IMG/VR virus record: IMGVR_UViG_3300025764_000004
Location: 10,010-74,009 of that record
DNA from: a virus
Direction: 5' to 3' (one strand)
DNA: 64,000 nt
A model generated the notes under the pieces. It saw only the letters and a list, made by a program, of their open reading frames with translations. It ran no database searches and was not told the DNA's origin. The position numbers and the translations under genes were made by a program. Every line of letters starts with the position of its first letter. Positions within the stretch are counted from its first letter, which is position 1. Below, one piece after another: positions 1 through 8,646 of the stretch.

Positions 1-106
1 TTAAAGCTGCTGCTTCATTTGTTTCTTATGGGGATCCTGGAAATTGTCCACAGGATTATGCTGACGGATTTGTCAGAGGTTTATTAACATCTAATTGGTT
101 GTAATT

Positions 107-313
107 ATGAAAAAGTACATAGGCAAGAAAATTCTTATTGTAGGAAAATCTCATCCTCATTTCGGAGAAAAAGCTTTCGGCATTGAAACTGTAATGTATA
201 ATGAAAATGAAGAAGCTTTGATCTGTAAAAATCACCTAAACAAGACTTTTTATGTCTTTGATGAAGATGACTTAACCGATATCTTTGGGGAAAACAAGTT
301 ACATAATATCTAA
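107..313 (+). CDS. hypothetical protein
   Basis: ORF, ATG at 107 after AATT; no recognisable motif. Confidence 0.6.
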   Translation: MKKYIGKKILIVGKSHPHFGEKAFGIETVMYNENEEALICKNHLNKTFYVFDEDDLTDIFGENKLHNI

Positions 314-325
314 AACCTATTCAAA

Positions 326-535
326 ATGATAAATCTATCAATTATCTGGTGGTTAAAAGTCAGTGTCGTATTAGTACTTGCTGGAGTTGCACTTCTAACT
401 ATTTTCGTAATTTTCATTATTATTCTTTGTATTTTATTTCCGCCTAAAACCTGGGACGGTTCTGATCCTATTGTAAATCCTTATGATATAGAAGAGGAAG
501 AAGATGAATCAGAGTACTGGAGTAATTTACAATGA
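326..535 (+). CDS. small membrane protein with acidic tail
   Basis: long hydrophobic N-terminal segment, EEEEDES C-terminus. Confidence 0.6.
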   Translation: MINLSIIWWLKVSVVLVLAGVALLTIFVIFIIILCILFPPKTWDGSDPIVNPYDIEEEEDESEYWSNLQ

Positions 536-579
536 AAAATAATTAATTGTGATTATGTTGTTAAACATTTAATCAGGCA

Positions 580-610
580 TTGCAAATCTAATTTATATTT
601 TATTACTTTG
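580..610 (+). promoter_or_regulatory. possible Bacteroidota-type sigma promoter
   Basis: TTG at 580-582, 20 nt spacer, TTACTTTG at 603-610 (one mismatch to TAnnTTTG). Confidence 0.35.
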
Positions 611-630
611 TACTCAATGTTGTTTTAAAT

Positions 631-761
631 AGCCATCACAATGAAAACTGAATTAAACATTCTGATTTTAAAATATTGCCTCAATTGGCATAAATTATAC
701 TCCTTAGGTTTTCGTGATGGCTTTCCTATAGGAGTATTTTTATGACTGGTTGGGGCATTTT
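631..761 (+). promoter_or_regulatory. structured leader (long hairpin plus loop pairing to upstream sequence) with 34-aa leader ORF 641-745
   Basis: arms 677-708 and 725-757 pair; GTTTTC-GTGATGGCT (708-722) is complementary to AGCCATCAC..GAAAAC (631-648). Confidence 0.6.
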
Positions 762-773
762 AACTTTTTAGCT

Positions 774-1577
774 ATGGGACGAAATGATCAACTCAAAACA
801 CTTTCTAGAAGAGCATATTCTGGAAATGGATTTTTAATGGTTAGTAAAGTTTTGATAAAATCATTAGGCTTGGTAGAAGCTGCTGTTTTGGCAAATTATA
901 TAGATAAAGATTCTTACTGGGCACAAAAAGATGAAAAATATAATGATTGGTTTTATTTAAAGAATGCTGATCAAATAAATGCTTTAAACCTTAGTGAAAA
1001 TTCCATTAAATTGACAAAAAGAAAATTAATGGAATTAAATATTTTAGCATCAAAAATGAATGGAATTCCTGCTTTAGAGTATTTTAATATTGATTATGAC
1101 CAATTAAATACACTATTAGAAAATAATCTCCCAGGCAACGAGGTTCTTAGTCGGCTAGGAAACGAGATTCTTAGTCACCTAAATATAAATAACAAAGTAA
1201 AAAAATTAATAAAAAAAGATTTTCCATTCATAGATATGTTTCCCAAGGAATGGCAAAACAACCTAACTTTCCAAAATACAGTAGAGGATTTCCTTCAACA
1301 TAGAAAAGAAATACACAAACGTCCAACTCAACTAGCCATGGAAAAGTTAGCTATGAAATTAAAAGTACACCAAATGCAAACGGTCATTGAAGCATTTAAT
1401 ACTTCCATAGAAAGTGGATGGGCTGGTGTTTTTCCAGAAGCAATAAAAAACAATAATGAGGAATTCAAAGTAAGTAAATACCGGCCTGAGTTCAAATATG
1501 ATGGAAGTATCAAATATACACTTAATCCTAAAAACGGGGAATACTACCATGCAAATGGTAATAAATACATAGATTAA
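774..1577 (+). CDS. phage replication initiator (N-terminal wHTH-like, C-terminal helical domain)
   Basis: C-terminal F..HRKE.K.P...A......L...SIESGW.GVF pattern typical of phage initiators; internal iterons; directly upstream of helicase. Confidence 0.7.
   Translation: MGRNDQLKTLSRRAYSGNGFLMVSKVLIKSLGLVEAAVLANYIDKDSYWAQKDEKYNDWFYLKNADQINALNLSENSIKLTKRKLMELNILASKMNGIPALEYFNIDYDQLNTLLENNLPGNEVLSRLGNEILSHLNINNKVKKLIKKDFPFIDMFPKEWQNNLTFQNTVEDFLQHRKEIHKRPTQLAMEKLAMKLKVHQMQTVIEAFNTSIESGWAGVFPEAIKNNNEEFKVSKYRPEFKYDGSIKYTLNPKNGEYYHANGNKYID
1133..1220 (+). repeat. putative origin: two 24-bp iterons followed by an A/T tract
   Basis: AGGCAACGAGGTTCTTAGTCGGCT (1133-1156) and AGGAAACGAGATTCTTAGTCACCT (1157-1180), then an A-rich run. 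Confidence 0.6.
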
Positions 1578-1578
1578 A

Positions 1579-2820
1579 ATGATTGAGCGTAAAATATTGA
1601 TTGGTATTGTTACCAGTACAGAGTACTGCAACCAGATTAAAGACATATTTGATTTAACCTTAATTGAGTCTGCGGCTGCGAAAAGAATGATGTCGTGGAT
1701 GTGGGATTTTTATAAAGAGAACAATGAAGCACCTAAACACGATGCAGTATTCTTATTCTGGAAACATGCAAAGCAATTGCCAAAAGATGTTGCTGAGGAG
1801 ATTGAAGAAGAAATATTACCGTCTTTAGAAACAGAAAACGAAGCAGAGCCGTTCAATGTGTCTGCAATGGTTAAAGAAACCGAGAAATATTTCCAACAAA
1901 GAAAATTATCAGTATTAAGTGATAACATAAAAATATTAATTGAAAAAGATCAAGTAGAAGAAGCAGAAAAATTAGCCACAACATACAAGCCTTTTGAAAC
2001 TGTTTCAAATAAAATAGATATTCACATTTTAAGTGCAACAGAGATAAGAGAACAAGAAATTGTAAAACCAATAACATTAATGTCACCGTGGTTGAAAGAA
2101 GGTCAAATGACAATCATTTATGGAAACTTTGGTAGTGGAAAATCATTATTGACAATTTTAGTTGCATACGTGTTAGGCTTAAGGGAGTATGATGGAAAAG
2201 ATTGTGAGATCAATAAATGGCAAGTGAAAACTCCAACAGGAACGCTTTACATTGATGGTGAAATAGGACAGCAAGAAATGGAAGAACGTATAAAACAATT
2301 TGAATGGTTAGGCAGACAGTCTGTCAAACATCAAATGAAAGTTCTATCTATACCAGAATACCAATTAGAGACACAAGACACGTTTAATATGGTACTAAGA
2401 ATAAATCAACTTAAAATAATTCAATGGCTAAAATCGCATCAGGAATACAAATTAGTTGTATTAGATTCTGTTAGTACGTTGTTTGGATTAGTTGAGGAGA
2501 ATGATAACAGCGAATGGAACAACAAAATCAATCCATTCTTAAAGGATTTAAGAGCGTTAGGTGTAGCCTGCTTACTTTTACATCATGCCGGTAAGGATGG
2601 GAAACGTGGCTTGAGAGGAGCGAGTGCAATGGGAGCAATGGCACACAACATCTTTAGATTATCGGATCATAGTAAAAAAGAAAAAGACGATGGCGAAGCT
2701 TGGTTCATTTTAAGCAAAGATAAACAGAGGCAAGCTGGATTTGGTTTTCGTTCTTTTGGAATTCATTATATGCAGAATAAAGATAAAACAAAAACGTTCT
2801 GGGAAATAACAGATTATTAA
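1579..2820 (+). CDS. RecA-fold replicative helicase (AAA_25/RepA/DnaB-like)
   Basis: Walker A GNFGSGKS, YIDGE, Walker B VVLDS, LLHHAGK...RGASA. Confidence 0.8.
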   Translation: MIERKILIGIVTSTEYCNQIKDIFDLTLIESAAAKRMMSWMWDFYKENNEAPKHDAVFLFWKHAKQLPKDVAEEIEEEILPSLETENEAEPFNVSAMVKETEKYFQQRKLSVLSDNIKILIEKDQVEEAEKLATTYKPFETVSNKIDIHILSATEIREQEIVKPITLMSPWLKEGQMTIIYGNFGSGKSLLTILVAYVLGLREYDGKDCEINKWQVKTPTGTLYIDGEIGQQEMEERIKQFEWLGRQSVKHQMKVLSIPEYQLETQDTFNMVLRINQLKIIQWLKSHQEYKLVVLDSVSTLFGLVEENDNSEWNNKINPFLKDLRALGVACLLLHHAGKDGKRGLRGASAMGAMAHNIFRLSDHSKKEKDDGEAWFILSKDKQRQAGFGFRSFGIHYMQNKDKTKTFWEITDY

Positions 2821-2824
2821 AAAT

Positions 2825-2915
2825 GCTGAGTTATCCTTATGTGGTAGAGGAATAGATCGTTGGAGTGTTTTCCCAAAGTGATCGAATGGGATGGGTTCGA
2901 ACCCCATACTCAGCT
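2825..2915 (+). ncRNA. tRNA-like RNA with non-canonical extended anticodon arm
   Basis: acceptor GCTGAGT/ACTCAGC, D stem TCCT/AGGA with GG in loop, T arm ATGGG-TTCGAAC-CCCAT; no 5-bp/7-nt anticodon arm found. Confidence 0.6.
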
Positions 2916-2937
2916 CAAGTTCATTCTAATTACGGAG

Positions 2938-3230
2938 TCTATTGTTTGGACAGGGGTTCGATTCCCCTCAGCTCCACTCTTTCGCCAAGGAAGATGCTGT
3001 TGGATAGCTCCCAACTGATTTTAGGAGATTACGGGGTAGCCTAAAAAAGAATGACAAAAGTATTTGCAGGAGTTGCATTGACGTTTGTACTGCATTTGCC
3101 CGTCCACGGGGCTGACTGGTTTTGACAACAATAAGGTGAGTAATTAGTGATTTAATTCACAAAGAATGTTCTGCCTACAACAGGCAATGATTATCAAATG
3201 AAAATGGCTGCCTAAGAGGTTGTCAAATTC
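2938..3230 (+). ncRNA. ssrA: circularly permuted (two-piece) tmRNA
   Basis: 3' part first: T arm AGGGG-TTCGATT-CCCCT plus CAGCTCCA (2952-2976); 5' part GGGGCTG at 3108-3114 pairs with it incl. G3.U70; P2 AACAATA/TATTGTT; tag GNDYQMKMAA* at 3183-3215. Confidence 0.85.
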
Positions 3231-3235
3231 GAGCG

Positions 3236-3260
3236 TGGGCTGCTTTAAAAGCCCATTTTT
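3236..3260 (+). terminator. intrinsic terminator
   Basis: TGGGCT/AGCCCA stem followed by T tract. Confidence 0.65.
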
Positions 3261-3458
3261 AAAAAGTATGCAAAAGAAAAATCAATATACTGATCTAGAA
3301 ATACAATATGAATTATATCCATGTTTGTATTATTATTTCAACTTCACTACTAACTGGTTAATGAGTTATAGAGTTGCCATGAAGATTGAATTAAACACAA
3401 ACTTGATTTACTTGAATTAATGTTACACAACAGGAACCAAAAGGATTAAAAAGTAAAA

Positions 3459-3470
3459 TTGTATAATAAC
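3459..3470 (+). promoter_or_regulatory. recurrent TTGTATAATA motif (putative phage middle promoter)
   Basis: also at 5246 and 17514, each shortly upstream of a start codon. Confidence 0.45.
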
Positions 3471-3484
3471 TAAAAAGCAAAATT

Positions 3485-3874
3485 ATGTATGTCATAAGGA
3501 AAGAATTTCAAGCTAGTTGTATGCACCATTTATTAGGATTGCCTGAGGATCACCCGTGCGGACGAGTTCATGGGCATAACTATGTTATAGTGGTTGAGTT
3601 AAGATCAGAGACTTTAAACAAAATTGGATTTGTCAAAGATTATGGGGAACTTAACGTTATCAAAGAGTGGATTGACAAAACAATGGATCATAGAGCTTTA
3701 AATGATGTATTCTCATTCAATCCAACAGCGGAAAATCTTGCAAAGCATTTATATGAAAGATTTGTAATGTTACTCGGGACTGATGGTATGTTTTTAAATG
3801 CTGTTGAAGTATCAGAGACACCCAAAACAAATTCACGTTTTTATAAAACATATAATGAGCACACAACTGATTAA
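3485..3874 (+). CDS. queD: 6-carboxytetrahydropterin synthase
   Basis: CGRVHGHNY, DH..LN, PTAEN.A, V.ETP motifs. Confidence 0.93.
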   Translation: MYVIRKEFQASCMHHLLGLPEDHPCGRVHGHNYVIVVELRSETLNKIGFVKDYGELNVIKEWIDKTMDHRALNDVFSFNPTAENLAKHLYERFVMLLGTDGMFLNAVEVSETPKTNSRFYKTYNEHTTD

Positions 3875-4610
3875 AGCATTTCCTGACTTTGTAAAAGAGG
3901 AGCCTTCAGATAGCTTTTTAAGAGTGTCTGAGTTCTTTTGCGACACAATTCAAGGGGAAGGAATACATATAGGACACCCGGCTACTTTCCTACGTTTTCA
4001 GGGCTGTGAATTATATTGTATCTATTGTGACACTAAAGAAGTTTGGAGGCAAGGCAACCCGTATTCATTCGATGAATTGTACACAATTATGTCTTCTGAA
4101 GGGTTGCCTAATAAATTACTTCATGGACAACATTTAGTCATAACAGGAGGGAGTCCTTTGTTGCAACAAAATAGTCTGTATTGGTTCTTGACAGGATTTA
4201 TAGCAAAGTTTGGATTTAAACCTTATATTGAAGTAGAAAACGAATGTGTAATCCCACCTAATTTAGGCCTGCAAGGTTTAGTAGATTGCTGGAACAACTC
4301 TCCAAAATTAGCATCAAGCGGTGTTTCCTCTTTTATCAGAATTAAAAATGAAGTTCTGTATAAAATGTCAAATCTGCAAAATAGTTGGTTCAAGTTTGTT
4401 ATAGGAAAAGATGACTGTTGGTGTGAGATAAACGATTTAATTGAAGCTGGATTGATTCGTAAAGAACAGGTTATACTTATGCCGGAAGGAGCTACTCGAG
4501 AAGAAATTGCAGAGCATAAAGAAGCGGTGTTAAATATGGCTATACAACATGGTGTAAGATATTCGGATCGTTTACATATTCAATTTTGGAACAGAGAAAT
4601 AGGTGTTTGA
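3855..4610 (+). CDS. queE: 7-carboxy-7-deazaguanine synthase (radical SAM)
   Basis: E.F..TIQGEG, F.R..GC.L.C.YCDT, VITGG.P, RLH. Confidence 0.92.
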   Translation: MSTQLIKAFPDFVKEEPSDSFLRVSEFFCDTIQGEGIHIGHPATFLRFQGCELYCIYCDTKEVWRQGNPYSFDELYTIMSSEGLPNKLLHGQHLVITGGSPLLQQNSLYWFLTGFIAKFGFKPYIEVENECVIPPNLGLQGLVDCWNNSPKLASSGVSSFIRIKNEVLYKMSNLQNSWFKFVIGKDDCWCEINDLIEAGLIRKEQVILMPEGATREEIAEHKEAVLNMAIQHGVRYSDRLHIQFWNREIGV

Positions 4611-4680
4611 AAAAGATGTGTATTAGTTGGTTTAGTTAGATCAAGAAACCTGGAAGTTTCTTGTGAGTTCTTTCAGGCTT

Positions 4681-4708
4681 ACCTCCTGTCCTTCGGGCAG
4701 GGGGTTTT
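4681..4708 (+). terminator. intrinsic terminator
   Basis: ACCTCCTGTCC-TTCG-GGCAGGGGGT then TTT. Confidence 0.6.
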
Positions 4709-4806
4709 GGCATCAAAAGAGATAGGTTATGAAAGATATAGATTTTGAACCATTTGATCTTATATGTTATCCCGAAGTAGTACCAGAATCAGAAAGAGAA
4801 TAAGTT

Positions 4807-5013
4807 ATGAAAAAACAAAAAAGATTTGAAATTGGGGATTTTTTAAAAACAAGAATAACCGGCATGCACCCTGAAATTATAATTTCAGATGCACCTCCAA
4901 CTAAATGGCAGATATTTTTCTACAAAGTAAATCCATTTAAAAGATTTTTCAATAATAAAGAACGAGAAAGAGTTTATAAATGGTATTTATCATCAAAAGA
5001 AGGTCGTTTATGA
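4807..5013 (+). CDS. hypothetical protein
   Basis: ORF, ATGA overlap with next gene. Confidence 0.5.
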   Translation: MKKQKRFEIGDFLKTRITGMHPEIIISDAPPTKWQIFFYKVNPFKRFFNNKERERVYKWYLSSKEGRL

Positions 5014-5282
5014 ATCAAAAACAAAAAGATCAGTTAAGACTGGCAGCTTTACTCATACACGAAGCTGAAAGTATTATAAAAGATGTTAAATCAGAAGAAC
5101 AAAAATCTATTAACGATCTAAAAATAAATAAGGCTGTTGATTTAAACAGAACATCTGAAGAGGTAATAGCTGCTCTAGAAGATGCGGAATACTCATTAAA
5201 AGATGTAACTTCCAACCTTTCTACGACACTTGTAGAAGATTTTATTTGTATAATAGGTGTAAGAAATGTTTTTTACAATTAA
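5010..5282 (+). CDS. hypothetical helical protein
   Basis: ORF, amphipathic helices. Confidence 0.55.
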   Translation: MNQKQKDQLRLAALLIHEAESIIKDVKSEEQKSINDLKINKAVDLNRTSEEVIAALEDAEYSLKDVTSNLSTTLVEDFICIIGVRNVFYN

Positions 5283-5314
5283 GAATTAATTCATTAATCA
5301 TTAAAATTGTTATT

Positions 5315-6049
5315 ATGAAAGCAAAATTGAAAGACTTGCAAGTCGCTGCACAAGAATTGAATGCAATCGGGATCGACCCGGAAATTGATGCTGCATCTAC
5401 GGATGTAGAAGTATTGTTTGCTGGAATCAAAGATTCTTTGAGTGTTATTGAAGACACAGACGAGTTCACAACAAAGACTCAATCTGTTATTGACGAGGTT
5501 ACAGAAATTGTTGAAGCCGACAAAGTTCCTGAAGAAAAACCAAAACGTCAGGTGAAACCTGTTGCTGCTCCGGTTGTTGCTAAAAAAGAAGTGGTAGAAG
5601 AGGATGCAGAAACAACTCTTTATGACAAAGTAAAAGCTACCGCAAAGGTTGCTGATTTGAAAGCTATTGTTGAAGAAGAAGATGACTTCAAAAAGATCCG
5701 GAAAGCAATCGACACGTTCAAAAATCCATTTATCCTGAAACGTGCAATGTTGGACATTCTGGAAGAATCTGATCCGAAACTTGCTACAGGTGCTGCTGAA
5801 AAGAAAGCTGCAAAAACAGCAAAGAAAGAAGTAGATCCAAACGCTCCAAAGAAAAAGAATCCTTTTGTAAAGGTTGCCGGACAATTGTCTAATCTGGAAG
5901 TTGCTGAGAAGCTGTTATCAGAAAAAGCTGATCCGAAAACCATCTATGCTACATTTACCAAAGTGTATGAAGGCAAAGCTGGAGCAGACGAAAAGTACAT
6001 TAAAGGCCGAGCAGACATTTACATGAAAATTGCTGCAAAAGGTAAGTAA
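5315..6049 (+). CDS. Lys/Ala/Glu-rich protein, possible DNA-binding; C-terminal domain paralogous to 62798-63280
   Basis: own promoter-like motif and terminator; KKAAKTAKK linker; F..VY..K...D..YI..R..IY...A C-terminus. Confidence 0.7.
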   Translation: MKAKLKDLQVAAQELNAIGIDPEIDAASTDVEVLFAGIKDSLSVIEDTDEFTTKTQSVIDEVTEIVEADKVPEEKPKRQVKPVAAPVVAKKEVVEEDAETTLYDKVKATAKVADLKAIVEEEDDFKKIRKAIDTFKNPFILKRAMLDILEESDPKLATGAAEKKAAKTAKKEVDPNAPKKKNPFVKVAGQLSNLEVAEKLLSEKADPKTIYATFTKVYEGKAGADEKYIKGRADIYMKIAAKGK

Positions 6050-6073
6050 CTAAGTATTGATTTAAGTATTTAT

Positions 6074-6111
6074 GAAGCCCAGAGTTTAATTGATTACTCT
6101 GGGCTTCTTTT
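6074..6111 (+). terminator. intrinsic terminator
   Basis: GAAGCCCAGAGT/ACTCTGGGCTTC 12-bp stem plus TTTT. Confidence 0.85.
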
Positions 6112-6123
6112 AAACTTTTTATA

Positions 6124-6666
6124 ATGACACCAGAAGTACTAATTTATAAAATGCTCTTAGAAATTGGAGAGGATCCTGACAGAGAAGGATTGCTAGAAAC
6201 TCCAAAACGAATTGTAAAATCCTGGAAAGAACTTTACGCAGGGTATAATCAAAATCCTGCAGACTTGTTTACTGTATTTGAAGCAGGAACATACAATCAG
6301 ATTGTACTTCTTAAGGATATTGAAGTTTATAGTCTTTGTGAACACCACGGTCTGCCGTTCTTTGGAAAAGCTCATGTTGCATACATACCAAATGAAAAAG
6401 TTATAGGTATTTCCAAATTAGCACGTCTAGTAGATGTGTTTGCAAGGAGAATGCAAATTCAAGAACGAATCGGAGAACAAGTTACTTCTGCATTAATGGA
6501 ATATCTCCAACCAAAAGGTGCCGCTTGTATTATCCAAGCCTGTCATATGTGTATGAGAATGCGAGGAGTCAACAAACAACAATCTACAATGATCACCTCT
6601 TCGATGAAAGGGGAATTTTTGACAAATTTATCAGCTAAACAAGAATTAATGTCAATAATAAAATGA
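6124..6666 (+). CDS. folE: GTP cyclohydrolase I
   Basis: GEDPDREGLLETPKR, SLCEHH, GISKLAR, QIQER, HMCMRMRG. Confidence 0.96.
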   Translation: MTPEVLIYKMLLEIGEDPDREGLLETPKRIVKSWKELYAGYNQNPADLFTVFEAGTYNQIVLLKDIEVYSLCEHHGLPFFGKAHVAYIPNEKVIGISKLARLVDVFARRMQIQERIGEQVTSALMEYLQPKGAACIIQACHMCMRMRGVNKQQSTMITSSMKGEFLTNLSAKQELMSIIK

Positions 6667-6992
6667 AAAAATTTGTAACTATACGAACACAGTTTCCGGC
6701 CGTACATTGTTGGCCTGATTGTAATATCCCATCAGTAGGGTATCTTGTATTTCCACATCGTCATTTATTTGTTATAAAAATGAGTTGGGAAGTGTCAGAT
6801 AATAATCGCCAAATAGAATTTATTTCTAAAAAACAAGATGTGAACAAATACATTGCAAAACATTTTTATGATAAAGATTTGCGTTCTATGTCTTGCGAAG
6901 ACATTGCAGAAAAACTGCTAAACAGATTCAATGCTGACTCTATATCTGTATTTGAGGACGGGGAGAATGGTTGTGAGATATTTAAAGACTAA
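6663..6992 (+). CDS. QueD-paralogous T-fold protein, DpdL-like (proposed CDG decarboxylase)
   Basis: H.W..., LxxxHRHxF, IEF, SCE..A, V.EDGENG; as I recall LxxxHRHxF is the DpdL signature (needs verification). Confidence 0.65.
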   Translation: MKKFVTIRTQFPAVHCWPDCNIPSVGYLVFPHRHLFVIKMSWEVSDNNRQIEFISKKQDVNKYIAKHFYDKDLRSMSCEDIAEKLLNRFNADSISVFEDGENGCEIFKD

Positions 6993-6994
6993 GA

Positions 6995-8344
6995 ATGAAA
7001 AAATCAATCAATATTATCGACCCGTGCTCCACTGAGCAAAATCGAGGTAGTTTCTGTTATTCACCATATTTGTGTTATAATGGAATGGCTTTCACTCTTG
7101 ATGCTAATTTAATCGAATCATTCCAACCAGAAGATTTAGACAGTATTCCTGATGCGGACATACAACTTGTTTGTCTGTGGTCCTATCCTCAAATAGAATC
7201 TTCGATGATGTTAGCTATGTCACTTCCGTTTATGTACGGTAAAGACAATGTCTATTTTGTTGGGTATTCACCATTAATCAAACAATTAGGTTTACATCAT
7301 ATTGAAGAAAAGTTAGGATTTGATCCATTACAAGATGAAGCATTCCTTGTTCATGCAATGAGTCGATACCCTGTAAATTATCACAAGTTTAAACGTTTGT
7401 TATTATCCGATTGTGATATGCATCTACGTCATTTAGATGCAGGAGAAAAGGTTTATCCACTGTTCACTTCATACGGTTGTGACCAAGGATGTTCATTTTG
7501 CCCAAGTACAACTAATTGCGGACGTAGGAGAATTGAAGTTCCTTTGTCTAAAGTTTGTACAATGTTAGATCAGTGTATCAAACAAGGCATAAAATCTATT
7601 CATTTTACAGATGAAGATTTCTTTTACGACATCAACCGGGCATTTAAAATCTTGTTAATGTTACAAGGAAAAGGAATGCATCTGATTGCATTAGGATCTG
7701 CTGAAGCTGTTTCTTACTTTATTGCTAAATATGGTGTTGACCCAATTAAAAATGCAGGTTTAGAAGTGATTGAGATTGGATTTGAATCAGGGGATGCAGA
7801 AGTGTCTAAGAAAATGGGACATGGTAAAAGTTTGTCTGCTTGCGAAGAACTTGCACAGATGCAAGATTGGATTCCATTTCGTATATTCTGGTTAGTACTT
7901 ACCTTCTTTCCAGGTGAGACAATTCATAGTTTAAATGAGACAGGACGCTTCATGTTAAAGTACGGATTTGAACAAGAAGAGGTGATGGGGAGGCTTCGTA
8001 CAAATGGAACAAAGATTGGCCTTGGGCAATTTATGCAATGGTATGATGGTATAGCTATGGCTAAATCTTTAGAAAAAAATGGAATAAAATTAACGCAAAG
8101 GCCTGTAAGATTGATTCCTTCGTATGTTCCAAATTCGTTTTTGGAAAGTATAATTACTGAAATACACGAAGAAGCTATTGAAAAAACAATACCTTATTTA
8201 GAGCTATACAATACTGCTTTGCCTAATAAACCTCTTGAAATCGGCAGAAAAATAAGCTATTATTTAGAAGATATGCCTATATACGGTTACATACGCACAT
8301 TAACTGCCTTAGCAATATTAGCCAGAGGAGGAGTCATACGATGA
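6995..8344 (+). CDS. radical SAM enzyme (B12-dependent-class-like layout)
   Basis: TSYGCDQGCSFC (CxxxCxxC), F.DEDF, IGFESG, PGET; about 150-aa N-terminal extension. Confidence 0.85.
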   Translation: MKKSINIIDPCSTEQNRGSFCYSPYLCYNGMAFTLDANLIESFQPEDLDSIPDADIQLVCLWSYPQIESSMMLAMSLPFMYGKDNVYFVGYSPLIKQLGLHHIEEKLGFDPLQDEAFLVHAMSRYPVNYHKFKRLLLSDCDMHLRHLDAGEKVYPLFTSYGCDQGCSFCPSTTNCGRRRIEVPLSKVCTMLDQCIKQGIKSIHFTDEDFFYDINRAFKILLMLQGKGMHLIALGSAEAVSYFIAKYGVDPIKNAGLEVIEIGFESGDAEVSKKMGHGKSLSACEELAQMQDWIPFRIFWLVLTFFPGETIHSLNETGRFMLKYGFEQEEVMGRLRTNGTKIGLGQFMQWYDGIAMAKSLEKNGIKLTQRPVRLIPSYVPNSFLESIITEIHEEAIEKTIPYLELYNTALPNKPLEIGRKISYYLEDMPIYGYIRTLTALAILARGGVIR

Positions 8345-8646
8345 ACGCTAAACTCAAATCTTTTGCATCGAATCTGATGCTAATAACAGGTATCATTACA
8401 AGTATTGCCGGGGTTATTGAAACTATCGGTAAACTGGTATTGTCTTTCCGCACCAAGAATATCCCAGAGGTTAAATCAATCAGTAAGTCAATAATCCCGG
8501 AGTATGGCGACTTGCCCTCGGCTCCTCCTACTATTGAACAGGTAAGTTTCTTTGCTGAGTATCGAGGAATAATATTGATAGTTACCGGAATATTGGTTAT
8601 TGCATTTTCATTGTGGATTATCAAACGGTTAAAAACTAGAATATGA
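8341..8646 (+). CDS. two-TM membrane protein
   Basis: two hydrophobic segments; ATGA overlaps on both sides. Confidence 0.55.
   Translation: MNAKLKSFASNLMLITGIITSIAGVIETIGKLVLSFRTKNIPEVKSISKSIIPEYGDLPSAPPTIEQVSFFAEYRGIILIVTGILVIAFSLWIIKRLKTRI

Noticed and set aside
2710-3420. ORFs 2710-2907 (-) and 3220-3420 (+)
   Set aside because: They overlap the structured RNAs and terminator; no protein features.
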